Shown in pieces: positions 9,007-17,841 of a DNA stretch of 46,241 bases. Source of the DNA: Gammaproteobacteria bacterium (GTDB lineage: Bacteria; Pseudomonadota; Gammaproteobacteria; SZUA-152); the NCBI GenBank assembly GCA_015487095.1, contig WFQM01000164.1, forward strand, positions 1 through 46,241, given 5' to 3'. The first letter of the stretch is position 1. Each line of letters opens with the position of its first letter. The notes below the pieces were generated by a model, which had not been told where the DNA came from, ran no database searches, and saw only the letters and a list, made by a program, of their open reading frames with translations. The translations under genes and the position numbers were made by a program.

Positions 9007-10806
9007 ATGTCCGCATTCCATCGTTACACTGCCGCACCCACTGAAAACCGTAAAGACTGGGCCAATATCCGTGCCTTGATGCCCTATTTGTGGGAATACC
9101 GAGGTCGAGTACTTCTGGCACTCAGCAGTCTGATATTGGCCAAGGTGGCCAATGTAGGTGTACCACTGGTGTTGAAAGAGTTGGTGGATGAGCTGGACGT
9201 GGAAGTGGATATACTGGTCGCACTGCCTGTAGCCTTGTTGTTGGCTTATGGGGCGTTACGACTTTGTGCATCACTGTTCAATGAATTACGTGATGTGTTG
9301 TTTACTCGCGTGCGCTATCGTGCCATGCGGCGATTAACTTTGCGCACCCTCGAACATCTGCACAAGCTGTCGTTACGTTTTCATCTGGAGCGGAAAACGG
9401 GCGCTATTAGTCGTGATCTTGCGCGTGGTGCTGCCAGCCTCAGTACACTGCTTAACTATTTTACCTTCAGCATTCTGCCCATCATGGTGGAGTTTTTGTT
9501 GGTAGCGGGTATTTTGATGAGCCAATATGACGTGGTTTTCACCTTTATTATTTTTGGCAGCGTTGCGGCTTATGTGGCCTTTACTTTTGCTGTGACTAAC
9601 TGGCGCATGGAATATCGGCTAGCCATGAACCGTTACGAATCCCAGGCCAATAATGAGGCCATCGAAAGCCTGATTAATTATGAAACGGTGAAATATTTCG
9701 GTAATGAAAAGATAGAACTGACCCGTTGTGATAGTACCCTTGAAAAATGGGAGGATAATGCGGTTATCAGTCAGTCATCGATGTCTCTGTTGAATTTTGG
9801 GCAGGCTGCCATTATTGCTGTGGCGGTAACATTGATTATGTTTTTTGCCGCAGATGAAGTGCGTAACGGCGACATGAGTATCGGTGATTTTGTACTGGTG
9901 AACGCCTTCCTGTTGCAGCTATTTATTCCTCTGGGTTTTCTTGGCATTGTCTATCGGCAGATGAAACATTCATTGACGGATATGGACCAGTTGATAAAAC
10001 TGCTGGATGAAGTGCCGGAGATACAGGATCGGCCCGATGCACAATTATTGAACATCACCCGGGGTGAAGTCCACTTTGAACATGTCGCCTTTGCCTATCA
10101 GGATGACCGGCCAATTTTGCATGATATTGATTTTACCATTGCGCCGGGTAAAAAAGTGGCGGTGGTGGGTGCCAGTGGCGCAGGCAAATCAACACTGGCG
10201 CGTTTGCTGTTTCGTTTTTACGATGTAGGGCAGGGGCGGGTGCTCATTGATGGACAGGACATCCGCGGGGTGACGCAAGCCAGCCTGCGTGCTGCTATCG
10301 GCATTGTGCCGCAAGATACGGTGCTGTTTAACGAAAGTCTGCAATATAATCTTGCCTATGCACGGCCGGAAGCAACACAGGATGAAATCATCGCTGCGGT
10401 AAAACTGGCACAGCTGCATGATTTTGTGCAAAGCCTGCCGGAGGGTTATGACACGGTGGTGGGTGAACGTGGTCTGAAATTATCCGGCGGTGAAAAACAG
10501 CGGGTGGCCATCGCTCGCGCGATTCTTAAACGGCCACGTATTCTGATTTTTGATGAAGCCACATCGGCACTGGATAGCGAATCCGAGCAGGCTATTCTCA
10601 GTGCACTGAAAGTAGCTAGTGCTGATCACACAACGTTAGTCATTGCCCATCGCTTATCGACCATTATTGATGCGGATCAAATCCTGGTGATGGAGGCAGG
10701 TCGAATCGTTGAGCAGGGGGATCATAACAGCCTGTTATCACATGAAGGTGTTTATGCAAAATTATGGGCATTGCAACAACATGAGCGTTTGGGAATAAAG
10801 GCTTAG
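9007..10806 (+). CDS. ABC exporter, fused permease/ATPase, Atm1/ABCB7-like
   Basis: Six-TM N-domain. Walker A GASGAGKST, signature LSGGEKQR, Walker B ILIFDEATSALD, H-loop IAHRLST. Confidence 0.9.
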   Translation: MSAFHRYTAAPTENRKDWANIRALMPYLWEYRGRVLLALSSLILAKVANVGVPLVLKELVDELDVEVDILVALPVALLLAYGALRLCASLFNELRDVLFTRVRYRAMRRLTLRTLEHLHKLSLRFHLERKTGAISRDLARGAASLSTLLNYFTFSILPIMVEFLLVAGILMSQYDVVFTFIIFGSVAAYVAFTFAVTNWRMEYRLAMNRYESQANNEAIESLINYETVKYFGNEKIELTRCDSTLEKWEDNAVISQSSMSLLNFGQAAIIAVAVTLIMFFAADEVRNGDMSIGDFVLVNAFLLQLFIPLGFLGIVYRQMKHSLTDMDQLIKLLDEVPEIQDRPDAQLLNITRGEVHFEHVAFAYQDDRPILHDIDFTIAPGKKVAVVGASGAGKSTLARLLFRFYDVGQGRVLIDGQDIRGVTQASLRAAIGIVPQDTVLFNESLQYNLAYARPEATQDEIIAAVKLAQLHDFVQSLPEGYDTVVGERGLKLSGGEKQRVAIARAILKRPRILIFDEATSALDSESEQAILSALKVASADHTTLVIAHRLSTIIDADQILVMEAGRIVEQGDHNSLLSHEGVYAKLWALQQHERLGIKA

Positions 10807-10835
10807 GAATGGAAATTAGTTCCTGCCATACTTTG

Positions 10836-12005
10836 TCAGGTGACAGTGTGTGGCTGCCTGAGGTTCGCCGAGCTGGGCAAGCAAACGCCGCGCGCGAATA
10901 GATCCTCGGTTTGTGGCAGGTTCATGCGTGGAGCATTGTTGAACACAGACTGTTGGTGTAACGGAGTCCAAAAGGGGCGCAATAAAAAACCTTTGGCATG
11001 AGCAGCGTTTAATAATTGGTCACGCTGTTCACGATCCGGCAGCAATAGCAGATTGAGCCAATGATTGCTTCGGCAGTCTGCGGGCTCATTTTGAAATTGT
11101 ACATCGTCGAGTGTGGTAAAGGCATTGGCATAGTCTTCTGCCAGTTGACGTTTTTGTGCTAACAATTGGGGTAATTGTTCCATTTGCGCACAGCCGAGAG
11201 CAGCATTGAGGTTGGGTAAACGGTAGTTATAACCCACAGCATCGTGCTCGACGGTCCAGGCGTGGGGTTGTTTGGCCGTGGTGGTGAGATGTTTGGCGCG
11301 TTGGGCCAGCTCGGGATCACGAGTTAATACCGCACCACCACCACCACAGGTGATGATTTTATTACCATTGAAACTTAGTGCGGTTAATTGTCCCCAGCTG
11401 CCAGTGTGGCGACCATCACGCCACGACCCCAGAGATTCGGCAGCATCTTCGATGAGCATGATCTGGAAACGTGCGGCAATTTCTGCCAATTCGGCCATGC
11501 GTGCCGGATGACCGAGTACGTGTACAATCATCAAAGCACGAATAGGCCGCCCTGTGTTGAGGTTGTAACAGGTGTTGCCACGTTGTTCAGTGATATCAGT
11601 GAGATAGTCGTTCAGGCGTTGCGGGTTTATACCCAGAGTCTCTGCCTCGCAATCGACAAAGTGAGGCACAGCCCCTGAATAGACCACGGGGTTGGCGCTA
11701 CCGATGAAAGTCAGAGCAGGTAATAACACTTCATCTCCGGCAGTAACTCCAGCCAATATCAGGCAGGTGTGCAACGCAGCAGTGCCATTGATGGTGGCGA
11801 TAGCATGAGGAATGCCTGTATATGTAATGAGGCTTTGCTCGAAACGATCAACATATTGGCCCACGGAAGAAACCCAGCCACTTTCCAGACAGTCTGTCAC
11901 CAGCACTTTTTCAGCATCACCAAAATCGGGTTCATGCAGACTGATGGGACGCTGCGCAGGAAGTATCTCGCGCAGGATGTTGAGAATGGATTGGGTCAAG
12001 GGCAT
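10836..12005 (-). CDS. DegT/DnrJ/EryC1-family PLP sugar aminotransferase (LegC-like)
   Basis: PLP-lysine motif SFNGNKIITCGGGGAV and N-terminal SGWVSSVG..V..FE. The start ATG overlaps the stop of the upstream dehydratase (TGATG). Confidence 0.85.
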   Translation of the reverse strand: MPLTQSILNILREILPAQRPISLHEPDFGDAEKVLVTDCLESGWVSSVGQYVDRFEQSLITYTGIPHAIATINGTAALHTCLILAGVTAGDEVLLPALTFIGSANPVVYSGAVPHFVDCEAETLGINPQRLNDYLTDITEQRGNTCYNLNTGRPIRALMIVHVLGHPARMAELAEIAARFQIMLIEDAAESLGSWRDGRHTGSWGQLTALSFNGNKIITCGGGGAVLTRDPELAQRAKHLTTTAKQPHAWTVEHDAVGYNYRLPNLNAALGCAQMEQLPQLLAQKRQLAEDYANAFTTLDDVQFQNEPADCRSNHWLNLLLLPDREQRDQLLNAAHAKGFLLRPFWTPLHQQSVFNNAPRMNLPQTEDLFARGVCLPSSANLRQPHTVT

Positions 12006-13015
12006 CAGATGTTGTAAATACCATGTTTATAATGCGTCAGGTTGGCTGGGTCGGTGAACCATTGTGCGGTTTTAGCAAGCGCACGCTTGAAACCATCATG
12101 TTGAGCGTATTCAGGTGACCAATCCAGTAATTCCAGCGCTTTACGATTGTCTGCCCAGAGTCGTTCCACTTCGCTGTTATGTGGGCGCAGACGTTGCTCG
12201 TCTGTTTTAATGTCTATTTCGACATTCATTGCTTCGGCAATGAGTTGTACGGTGTCACCGATGCTGATCTCAAAGTTGCTGCCCAGGTTTATTTCTTCAC
12301 CCAGGACACGATCAGACTCAGCCATGGCAATGAAGCCGTTAACCGTGTCGCTCACATAACTGAAGTCACGAGTAGGGTGTACAGCGCCCAGTTTGAGCTG
12401 GCATTCACCATTGGCAATCTGGGTGATCACGGTAGGAATCACCGCGCGTGCCGACTGGCGGGGGCCGAAGGTATTGAAAGGTCTCACTATTGTTACCGGT
12501 GTTTCAAAAGCACGGTAAAACGACAGTGCAATCTGATCAGCACCAATTTTGCTGGCGGAGTAGGGCGACTGGCCTTGCAAGGGGTGTTTTTCATCAATGG
12601 GAACATATTGTGCGCTGCCATAAACCTCACTGGTAGAGGTATGGACGATTTTTTCCACACCCAGATCACGGGCTGCCTGAACGATATTGAGCGTGCCTTT
12701 GATGTTGGTGTCTATGTAAGTATCGGGAGAATGATAGGAATAGGGAATACCGATCAGGGCAGCAAGATGCAGCACCACATCGCAACCCTGCATGGCTGTG
12801 CGTACACCGTACGGGTCGCGGATGTCACCCGTAAAAACATCTAATTCCTGTTTGATTGCATCGGGTAATTCATCTAACCAGCCCCAGTGACCGAAAGAGT
12901 TGTAAAAGACAAAGGCTCGAACGTCACAGCCGAGATGGATCAGTTTTTCGGTGAGGTGCGAGCCAATAAAGCCGTCAGCACCAGTGATAAGGATTTTCCT
13001 GTTATTAAGATTCAT
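12005..13015 (-). CDS. NAD-dependent sugar-nucleotide 4,6-dehydratase (LegB-like)
   Basis: GADGFIGSH Rossmann motif, YNSFGHWGWLD, TSTSEVYG, PYSASK (YxxxK) and FNTFGPRQSARAVIPT. As I recall it, closely collinear with C. jejuni LegB (Cj1319). Confidence 0.8.
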   Translation of the reverse strand: MNLNNRKILITGADGFIGSHLTEKLIHLGCDVRAFVFYNSFGHWGWLDELPDAIKQELDVFTGDIRDPYGVRTAMQGCDVVLHLAALIGIPYSYHSPDTYIDTNIKGTLNIVQAARDLGVEKIVHTSTSEVYGSAQYVPIDEKHPLQGQSPYSASKIGADQIALSFYRAFETPVTIVRPFNTFGPRQSARAVIPTVITQIANGECQLKLGAVHPTRDFSYVSDTVNGFIAMAESDRVLGEEINLGSNFEISIGDTVQLIAEAMNVEIDIKTDEQRLRPHNSEVERLWADNRKALELLDWSPEYAQHDGFKRALAKTAQWFTDPANLTHYKHGIYNI

Positions 13016-15518
13016 TGGTCTGTGCTTGATTCAAAGATGCCAGAGTGGTTTTTGCCATTTGATTATCAGGGTCTTTATCGAGAATGTAATTCATGGTCAT
13101 GCTAACACCATCTATTGCCCCGCATTGCTCGTACAGTTTACCCAGTTTCATCATGCTATTCAGGTCGTTGGGGTTGGCAAGCACATAGTCGGTATAGACT
13201 TCAATGGCAGTATCAATATCACCAGTGGCTTGCAACAGGTCAGCATACATGGGGCTATAGGTGTTATCTGTTTCAGACAGTTTTTTTAAAACCTGTAATG
13301 CGGAGCCTGTATCCCCGGCTTTACCATGAAGTGTGAAAAGTCGCATAAAAGCTTCAGTATAAGCGGACCCTTCAGTCATTTTTTGGTATGCGTCAATAGC
13401 TTGCTCCGGCTTGCCGTCGAGTTCGGCAATGTAACCCTGTACAAGAGGGGTAAAATGCGCGGCTTGTGTTTTATCCCGATGAGTTTTCAAACTGGTCTGC
13501 ATGCGCACAAGACCGGCTTTATCTTCGACCAGAAAATATTCTTTTGCTTTACTGACCGTGCCATTCAGGTCAGTGCCTTGTTCAATACGGGAAATATATT
13601 GTCGGCCAAGTTCTTCCAGAGTGAAATCAAAGGTATTCTGAAATTCACGCAGTTTATGTTGCTGTGCATCGGGTAGCTGACGGACAGTATCACCATGTTG
13701 CTGTGCCCACTGAATGGCGCGTCCAGGCTGGCAATCATGCTGCCACTGTGCAAGCAGGCGCTTTAGATTGGGTTTTGTTTTTTCTTCTTCCAGGCGAGCC
13801 AGGGTGCGAGCACGCGCCATACGAAAAATCGTGGTGAGTTCATCGCTGGTGTCAGTCATTGCCTGATGATAGAGTCGGCAGCTTTCCTCTAAATCTTCGA
13901 CATAACGATCATCATTCAGACGAAGTATGGGCGTAAAATGGTGTATGCCAAATCGCCGGATAAATGCGGTGGTATCCGAATATTTTTTGTTAAGTTGTTC
14001 TTCTGCGTGTTCCACTTTTTCTTTATTGTGAAAGCCTGCTCCCGGTTCATCCTTGGCAAACAGCTTGCGATTGTACGTCAGCGCCTTGCCGGACAATTCC
14101 TTGATCACTTTCAGTTCTTTCAATATGCGATCCACTTCGCCCAGCACTTCTTTGTAAAGCCGGGTCCGGTTTTTGCTGTTGCTGGCAGGTACATTGTTAA
14201 CAAGGGTTTCACGAGCCGGTTTTTTCATTGGTTCAATCTGAATATCATCCACCGGAATGTGTTCTACATGCGGCAGGCGCATTGCACCGGGTGCCGGATT
14301 AATGGTTCGGCAGCCTCTGGAAATGGCATTTTGAGCAACAACATCGAGAGGGTTTGCGGATTGCGCAAAAGAATTCGTAGTATCCGCCATCATGCCATTG
14401 TTGGTTTGTACCTGTTGGTCACTGAATTGAGGCATGGAGCCCATGGCATGTTCGGCTGAGCCGCTGGCATGGGTATACCCTTGCTGGTTAAAGCAAAAAT
14501 CCACTCCGCCGAGAACAATTTGTGCGACACCGAATTCAACAGCAAGCGCAAAAGCAGTATTAGTGACGGTTGTGCCTATGGTGGGTGGTAGATTTTCTGG
14601 TTCCAGTGGAGTAGGCCATGGATAGCGAGACCCCATAAATATTTTTTGGCCTCCCCAGCTGGATAACAGATTTGGAGTCAGATGAAATTCGTTAATAAGT
14701 AGTGTGCCGTCCTGAAATGCAAGCATATCCTGGCAAACATTCAAATTGATAGGGTGAGGGTCGATGGATACGATAATATCGGGTTGAATATGGGCTGCCA
14801 GCAATGCATAGCTGATACGGGATACCGCGATAACCAGCAAATTTTCACGGTGTTTTTTCACCCAGGGCAGTAATTCATCCAGTGATGGACCACCTGCCAA
14901 CACAATCGCTGTTTTACCATTGAAAGCATTTTTCAAACACTTTGCCGGGATTTGGTTTTCCGTCAGATTTTCAATTTGACAAAGGGTAAAGCGGCGACCA
15001 TCGCGTAAATTTGCTTGTTGCCAAGTGAAATTATCAAATATTTTTTTAAATTTACGCCAAAATGCCGGGTAGGGATGGTAATGGCCATGAACGACCCCCA
15101 GCGAACGGAGAGGGATTAAGCGACCCAGAGCGGCGTATTTTTTTGCCCCCATTTCTTCGGCCTGAACCAACCAGTTTTTTTCACTGGTGACGGCTAATTC
15201 GACATACCCTCCTACCCGCTGAAGCTCAAAGTCTTCCAACAATGCCAGAATCTCGGGCAATTCGACAAAGAGATACTGGCTGCCCTTTGGAATGCCATGA
15301 GCCTTTATATATTGATACAACAAGCCGCTATCGGTACCGGCAATAATGTGAAACGTATCCTCTTCAAACAGAGAATCGCCAAAATAGGTGCGAAATACGG
15401 TGCTGGCATCGGTTTTCTGAAATACATGTCGATTAATACCAAATAAATAGTGCTCACCGAATGTATTACTGATAACGCCCCCTATACCGGTTTGTTGCGA
15501 TATGTCGATGTCGCTCAA
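13005..15518 (-). CDS. maf: Motility-associated factor (Maf) flagellin glycosyltransferase with C-terminal TPR region
   Basis: Central MAF_flag10/DUF115 (MptE-like) core AIVLAGGPSLDE...VSIDPH. The last ~170 aa form TPR-like helical repeats. TTG start with GGAG 8 nt upstream. Overlaps the legB-like start by 11 nt. Confidence 0.8.
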   Translation of the reverse strand: MSDIDISQQTGIGGVISNTFGEHYLFGINRHVFQKTDASTVFRTYFGDSLFEEDTFHIIAGTDSGLLYQYIKAHGIPKGSQYLFVELPEILALLEDFELQRVGGYVELAVTSEKNWLVQAEEMGAKKYAALGRLIPLRSLGVVHGHYHPYPAFWRKFKKIFDNFTWQQANLRDGRRFTLCQIENLTENQIPAKCLKNAFNGKTAIVLAGGPSLDELLPWVKKHRENLLVIAVSRISYALLAAHIQPDIIVSIDPHPINLNVCQDMLAFQDGTLLINEFHLTPNLLSSWGGQKIFMGSRYPWPTPLEPENLPPTIGTTVTNTAFALAVEFGVAQIVLGGVDFCFNQQGYTHASGSAEHAMGSMPQFSDQQVQTNNGMMADTTNSFAQSANPLDVVAQNAISRGCRTINPAPGAMRLPHVEHIPVDDIQIEPMKKPARETLVNNVPASNSKNRTRLYKEVLGEVDRILKELKVIKELSGKALTYNRKLFAKDEPGAGFHNKEKVEHAEEQLNKKYSDTTAFIRRFGIHHFTPILRLNDDRYVEDLEESCRLYHQAMTDTSDELTTIFRMARARTLARLEEEKTKPNLKRLLAQWQHDCQPGRAIQWAQQHGDTVRQLPDAQQHKLREFQNTFDFTLEELGRQYISRIEQGTDLNGTVSKAKEYFLVEDKAGLVRMQTSLKTHRDKTQAAHFTPLVQGYIAELDGKPEQAIDAYQKMTEGSAYTEAFMRLFTLHGKAGDTGSALQVLKKLSETDNTYSPMYADLLQATGDIDTAIEVYTDYVLANPNDLNSMMKLGKLYEQCGAIDGVSMTMNYILDKDPDNQMAKTTLASLNQAQTNES

Positions 15519-15667
15519 GAGGCGATCTCCTGTGTCGGTTTTATGGCGTTTTGATTAATTGTTGATATTTTGTGAGCAAATTGTGTGCCATTTGGAGAAG
15601 TTATTACGATGTATGCGTCGTTTTCAGTGTAGTCGCTGTTTGTGCCCGATGGATAACCTGTTTTGAT

Positions 15668-15695
15668 TAAAGCATCCTGGTGAAGGTCCGACATA
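15668..15695 (+). promoter_or_regulatory. Candidate sigma28 (FliA) promoter upstream of flagellin 1
   Basis: TAAA-N15-tCCGAcAt compared with the TAAA-N15-GCCGATAA consensus. Weak, and its position relative to the conserved block is inconsistent with the flagellin 2 candidate. Confidence 0.35.
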
Positions 15696-15811
15696 GTGCG
15701 CGGGAGCGGTAAATATTTCCGAATTGAGGAGATATATCCGCTGAATATAAAGCACCCTTTGTTCAGCTCGCATCAGTCGTGCAGCAAGGGGGATAGCATA
15801 GGAGTAGCAAA

Positions 15812-16495
15812 ATGGCTGCTAGTATTATTAATACCAATATCATGTCTTTGAATGCCCAGAAGAACCTGAACAAAAACTCCCTGAGTCTGGCAACGTCTAT
15901 CGAACGCTTGTCTTCCGGTTTGCGTGTGAACAGTGCGCGTGACGATGCTGCCGGTTTGGCTGTTGGCATCTCTCTGGAGTCAACCGTTCGCGGGCTCAGC
16001 GTGCAAATCCGCAATGCAGCAGATAATATTTCGACAGCACAAACACTGGATGGTGAAGCTGCTGTCATTACCGACGTGTTGCAACGAATGAATGAGTTAT
16101 CGGTGCAGGCTCAAGGCACAAACGGCCTTGCTCAGGTATCAAAGATTCAGGTGGAATTTGATGCGTTGAATACCTTTCAGGCCGCCTTTACAGCAGGTAC
16201 ATCTATTGCGGGTACCCTTGGGTCGGGAACGGCAAGTAATATTGGTACGGCTCTGGGCGCTCTTGCAGGCACACGCGCAGGTTACGGTGCCACCATCGCA
16301 ACATCTGAATTTACCATCCAGAACTTTGAAACAGCCCGTGAAAATAACGCAGCTGCGCGTAGTCGTATCATGGATGCAGATTTCGCAATGGAAACCGCAA
16401 ATCTGGCACGTGGACAGATTTTGGTGCAGGCCGGTACAGCGATGGTGGCTCAAGCCAATTCGATTCCGCAAAACGTATTATCTCTTTTGAGATAA
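15812..16495 (+). CDS. fliC: Flagellin, minimal D0/D1-only type (227 aa)
   Basis: N-terminal IINTNIMSLNAQKNLNKN...RLSSGLRVNSARDDAAGLA and C-terminal RSRIMDADFAMETANLARGQILVQAGTAMVAQANSIPQNVLSLLR. There is no outer-domain insert. Confidence 0.95.
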   Translation: MAASIINTNIMSLNAQKNLNKNSLSLATSIERLSSGLRVNSARDDAAGLAVGISLESTVRGLSVQIRNAADNISTAQTLDGEAAVITDVLQRMNELSVQAQGTNGLAQVSKIQVEFDALNTFQAAFTAGTSIAGTLGSGTASNIGTALGALAGTRAGYGATIATSEFTIQNFETARENNAAARSRIMDADFAMETANLARGQILVQAGTAMVAQANSIPQNVLSLLR

Positions 16496-16550
16496 AAATG
16501 AGAGTGGTAAATATCTCTGATTTGAATCAATGAGATATATCCGCTGAATG

Positions 16551-16577
16551 TAAAGTGTCCTCAAGCTTGGCCCGTAA
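16551..16577 (+). promoter_or_regulatory. Candidate sigma28 (FliA) promoter upstream of flagellin 2
   Basis: TAAA-N15-GCCcgTAA (6/8 in the -10 box), 39 nt upstream of the ATG. Confidence 0.45.
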
Positions 16578-16615
16578 TAGTTATGTCATTGGGGGACAAA
16601 TAAGGAGTTAGGAAA

Positions 16616-17308
16616 ATGGCTGCAAGTATTATCAATACCAATATCATGTCTTTAAATGCCCAGAAGAATTTGAACAAAAATTCTCTGAGTCTGGCGACCT
16701 CCATAGAGCGTCTGTCTTCCGGTTTGCGTGTGAACAGTGCGCGTGACGATGCTGCCGGTTTGGCTGTGGGTATATCTTTGGAGTCAACCGTGCGTGGGCT
16801 CAGTGTGCAAATCCGCAATGCAGCAGACAATATTTCTACCGCGCAAACATTGGACGGTGAGGCTGCCGTCATTACCGATGTGTTACAACGGATGAATGAA
16901 CTGGCCGTACAGGCACAAGGGACAAATGGATCTGCTCAGGCATCGAAGATTCAGGTCGAATATGATGCGCTGGATACCTTTCAGGCTGCCTTTACAGCAG
17001 GTACTGCTATCGCTGGCAGTCTTGGAGCGAGTGCTGCGGGTATTGAAACCGCTATTGGTACATCGCTGGGTACACTTGCCGGTACGCGTGCGGGTTACGG
17101 TGCCACCATCGCAACGTCTGAATTTACCATCCAGAATTTTGAAACAGCCCGTGAAAATAATGCGGCTGCCCGCAGTCGGATTATGGATGCGGATTTTGCA
17201 ATGGAAACCGCAAATCTGGCGCGTGGACAGATTCTGGTGCAGGCGGGCACGGCGATGGTAGCTCAGGCTAACTCGATTCCGCAAAACGTGTTGTCTCTTT
17301 TGAGGTAA
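16616..17308 (+). CDS. fliC: Flagellin, minimal D0/D1-only type (230 aa), tandem paralogue
   Basis: The first 96 aa and last 77 aa are identical in protein sequence to flagellin 1. Differences are confined to aa 97-153. Confidence 0.95.
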   Translation: MAASIINTNIMSLNAQKNLNKNSLSLATSIERLSSGLRVNSARDDAAGLAVGISLESTVRGLSVQIRNAADNISTAQTLDGEAAVITDVLQRMNELAVQAQGTNGSAQASKIQVEYDALDTFQAAFTAGTAIAGSLGASAAGIETAIGTSLGTLAGTRAGYGATIATSEFTIQNFETARENNAAARSRIMDADFAMETANLARGQILVQAGTAMVAQANSIPQNVLSLLR

Positions 17309-17334
17309 TCGATGATTGGTGGAACTCTGTAGTA

Positions 17335-17368
17335 ATAACCCGGTTATGAATAAACATGACCGGGTTAT
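17335..17368 (+). terminator. Hairpin after flagellin 2 (possible terminator/attenuator)
   Basis: Perfect 10-bp stem ATAACCCGGT / ACCGGGTTAT with a 14-nt loop. There is no U-tract, so function is uncertain. Confidence 0.35.
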
Positions 17369-17385
17369 ATGAGTAGGAGGTATGT

Positions 17386-17772
17386 ATGGATGTCTCTGAT
17401 TTAATAAAGACAGGCTCGACAGGCTCGATTACCCGTCAATCGCTCATAACTTCAGGCAATTCTTTGCCGGATGCGAGGCAGGTTCGTGTCCCTACTGAAA
17501 CCCGGCAAGACGTGACTCTGAACGTGACTCCGGTTTCACAGCCAAATACTGAAGAGCTGAACAAACTCGTTGAGCAGGTGAATATGACTTTGCAGGGGCG
17601 TTTTAGTGATTTGAAGTTTACGGTTGCGGAAGGAACGGATATTAACGTTGTGCGGATCGAAGATGCAGAAACAGGTGAATTGATCCGTCAGATTCCTTCA
17701 GAAGCAATGGTGGCTATTGCTCGCGCGTTGGGGGAGGCTCAGCAGGGTATGATGTTTGAGGAAAGGGTGTAA
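17386..17772 (+). CDS. flaG: Flagellar protein FlaG
   Basis: 128 aa with the typical FlaG C-terminal half (LKFTVAEGTDINVVRIEDAETGELIRQIPSEAMVAIARAL). Sits between fliC and fliD. Confidence 0.85.
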   Translation: MDVSDLIKTGSTGSITRQSLITSGNSLPDARQVRVPTETRQDVTLNVTPVSQPNTEELNKLVEQVNMTLQGRFSDLKFTVAEGTDINVVRIEDAETGELIRQIPSEAMVAIARALGEAQQGMMFEERV

Positions 17773-17776
17773 TACC

Positions 17777-17792
17777 TGGCATATATCATGCA
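17777..17792 (+). promoter_or_regulatory. Candidate sigma54 promoter for fliD-fliS-fliT
   Basis: TGGCATatatcATGCA has GG and GC with the canonical 12-nt offset (consensus TGGCAC-N5-TTGCA). Lies 50 nt upstream of the fliD ATG. Confidence 0.55.
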
Positions 17793-17841
17793 CCGTGCGT
17801 GTTATGCATGACTTTTTCAGCCTGAGTTGAGGTAAGCAGTA

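Noticed and set aside
15763-16872. Two ~100-aa minus-strand ORFs (15763-16068 and 16561-16872) that are very similar to each other.
   Set aside because: Their similarity is simply the reverse-strand image of the duplicated flagellin 5' regions. They are not an independent conserved gene pair.
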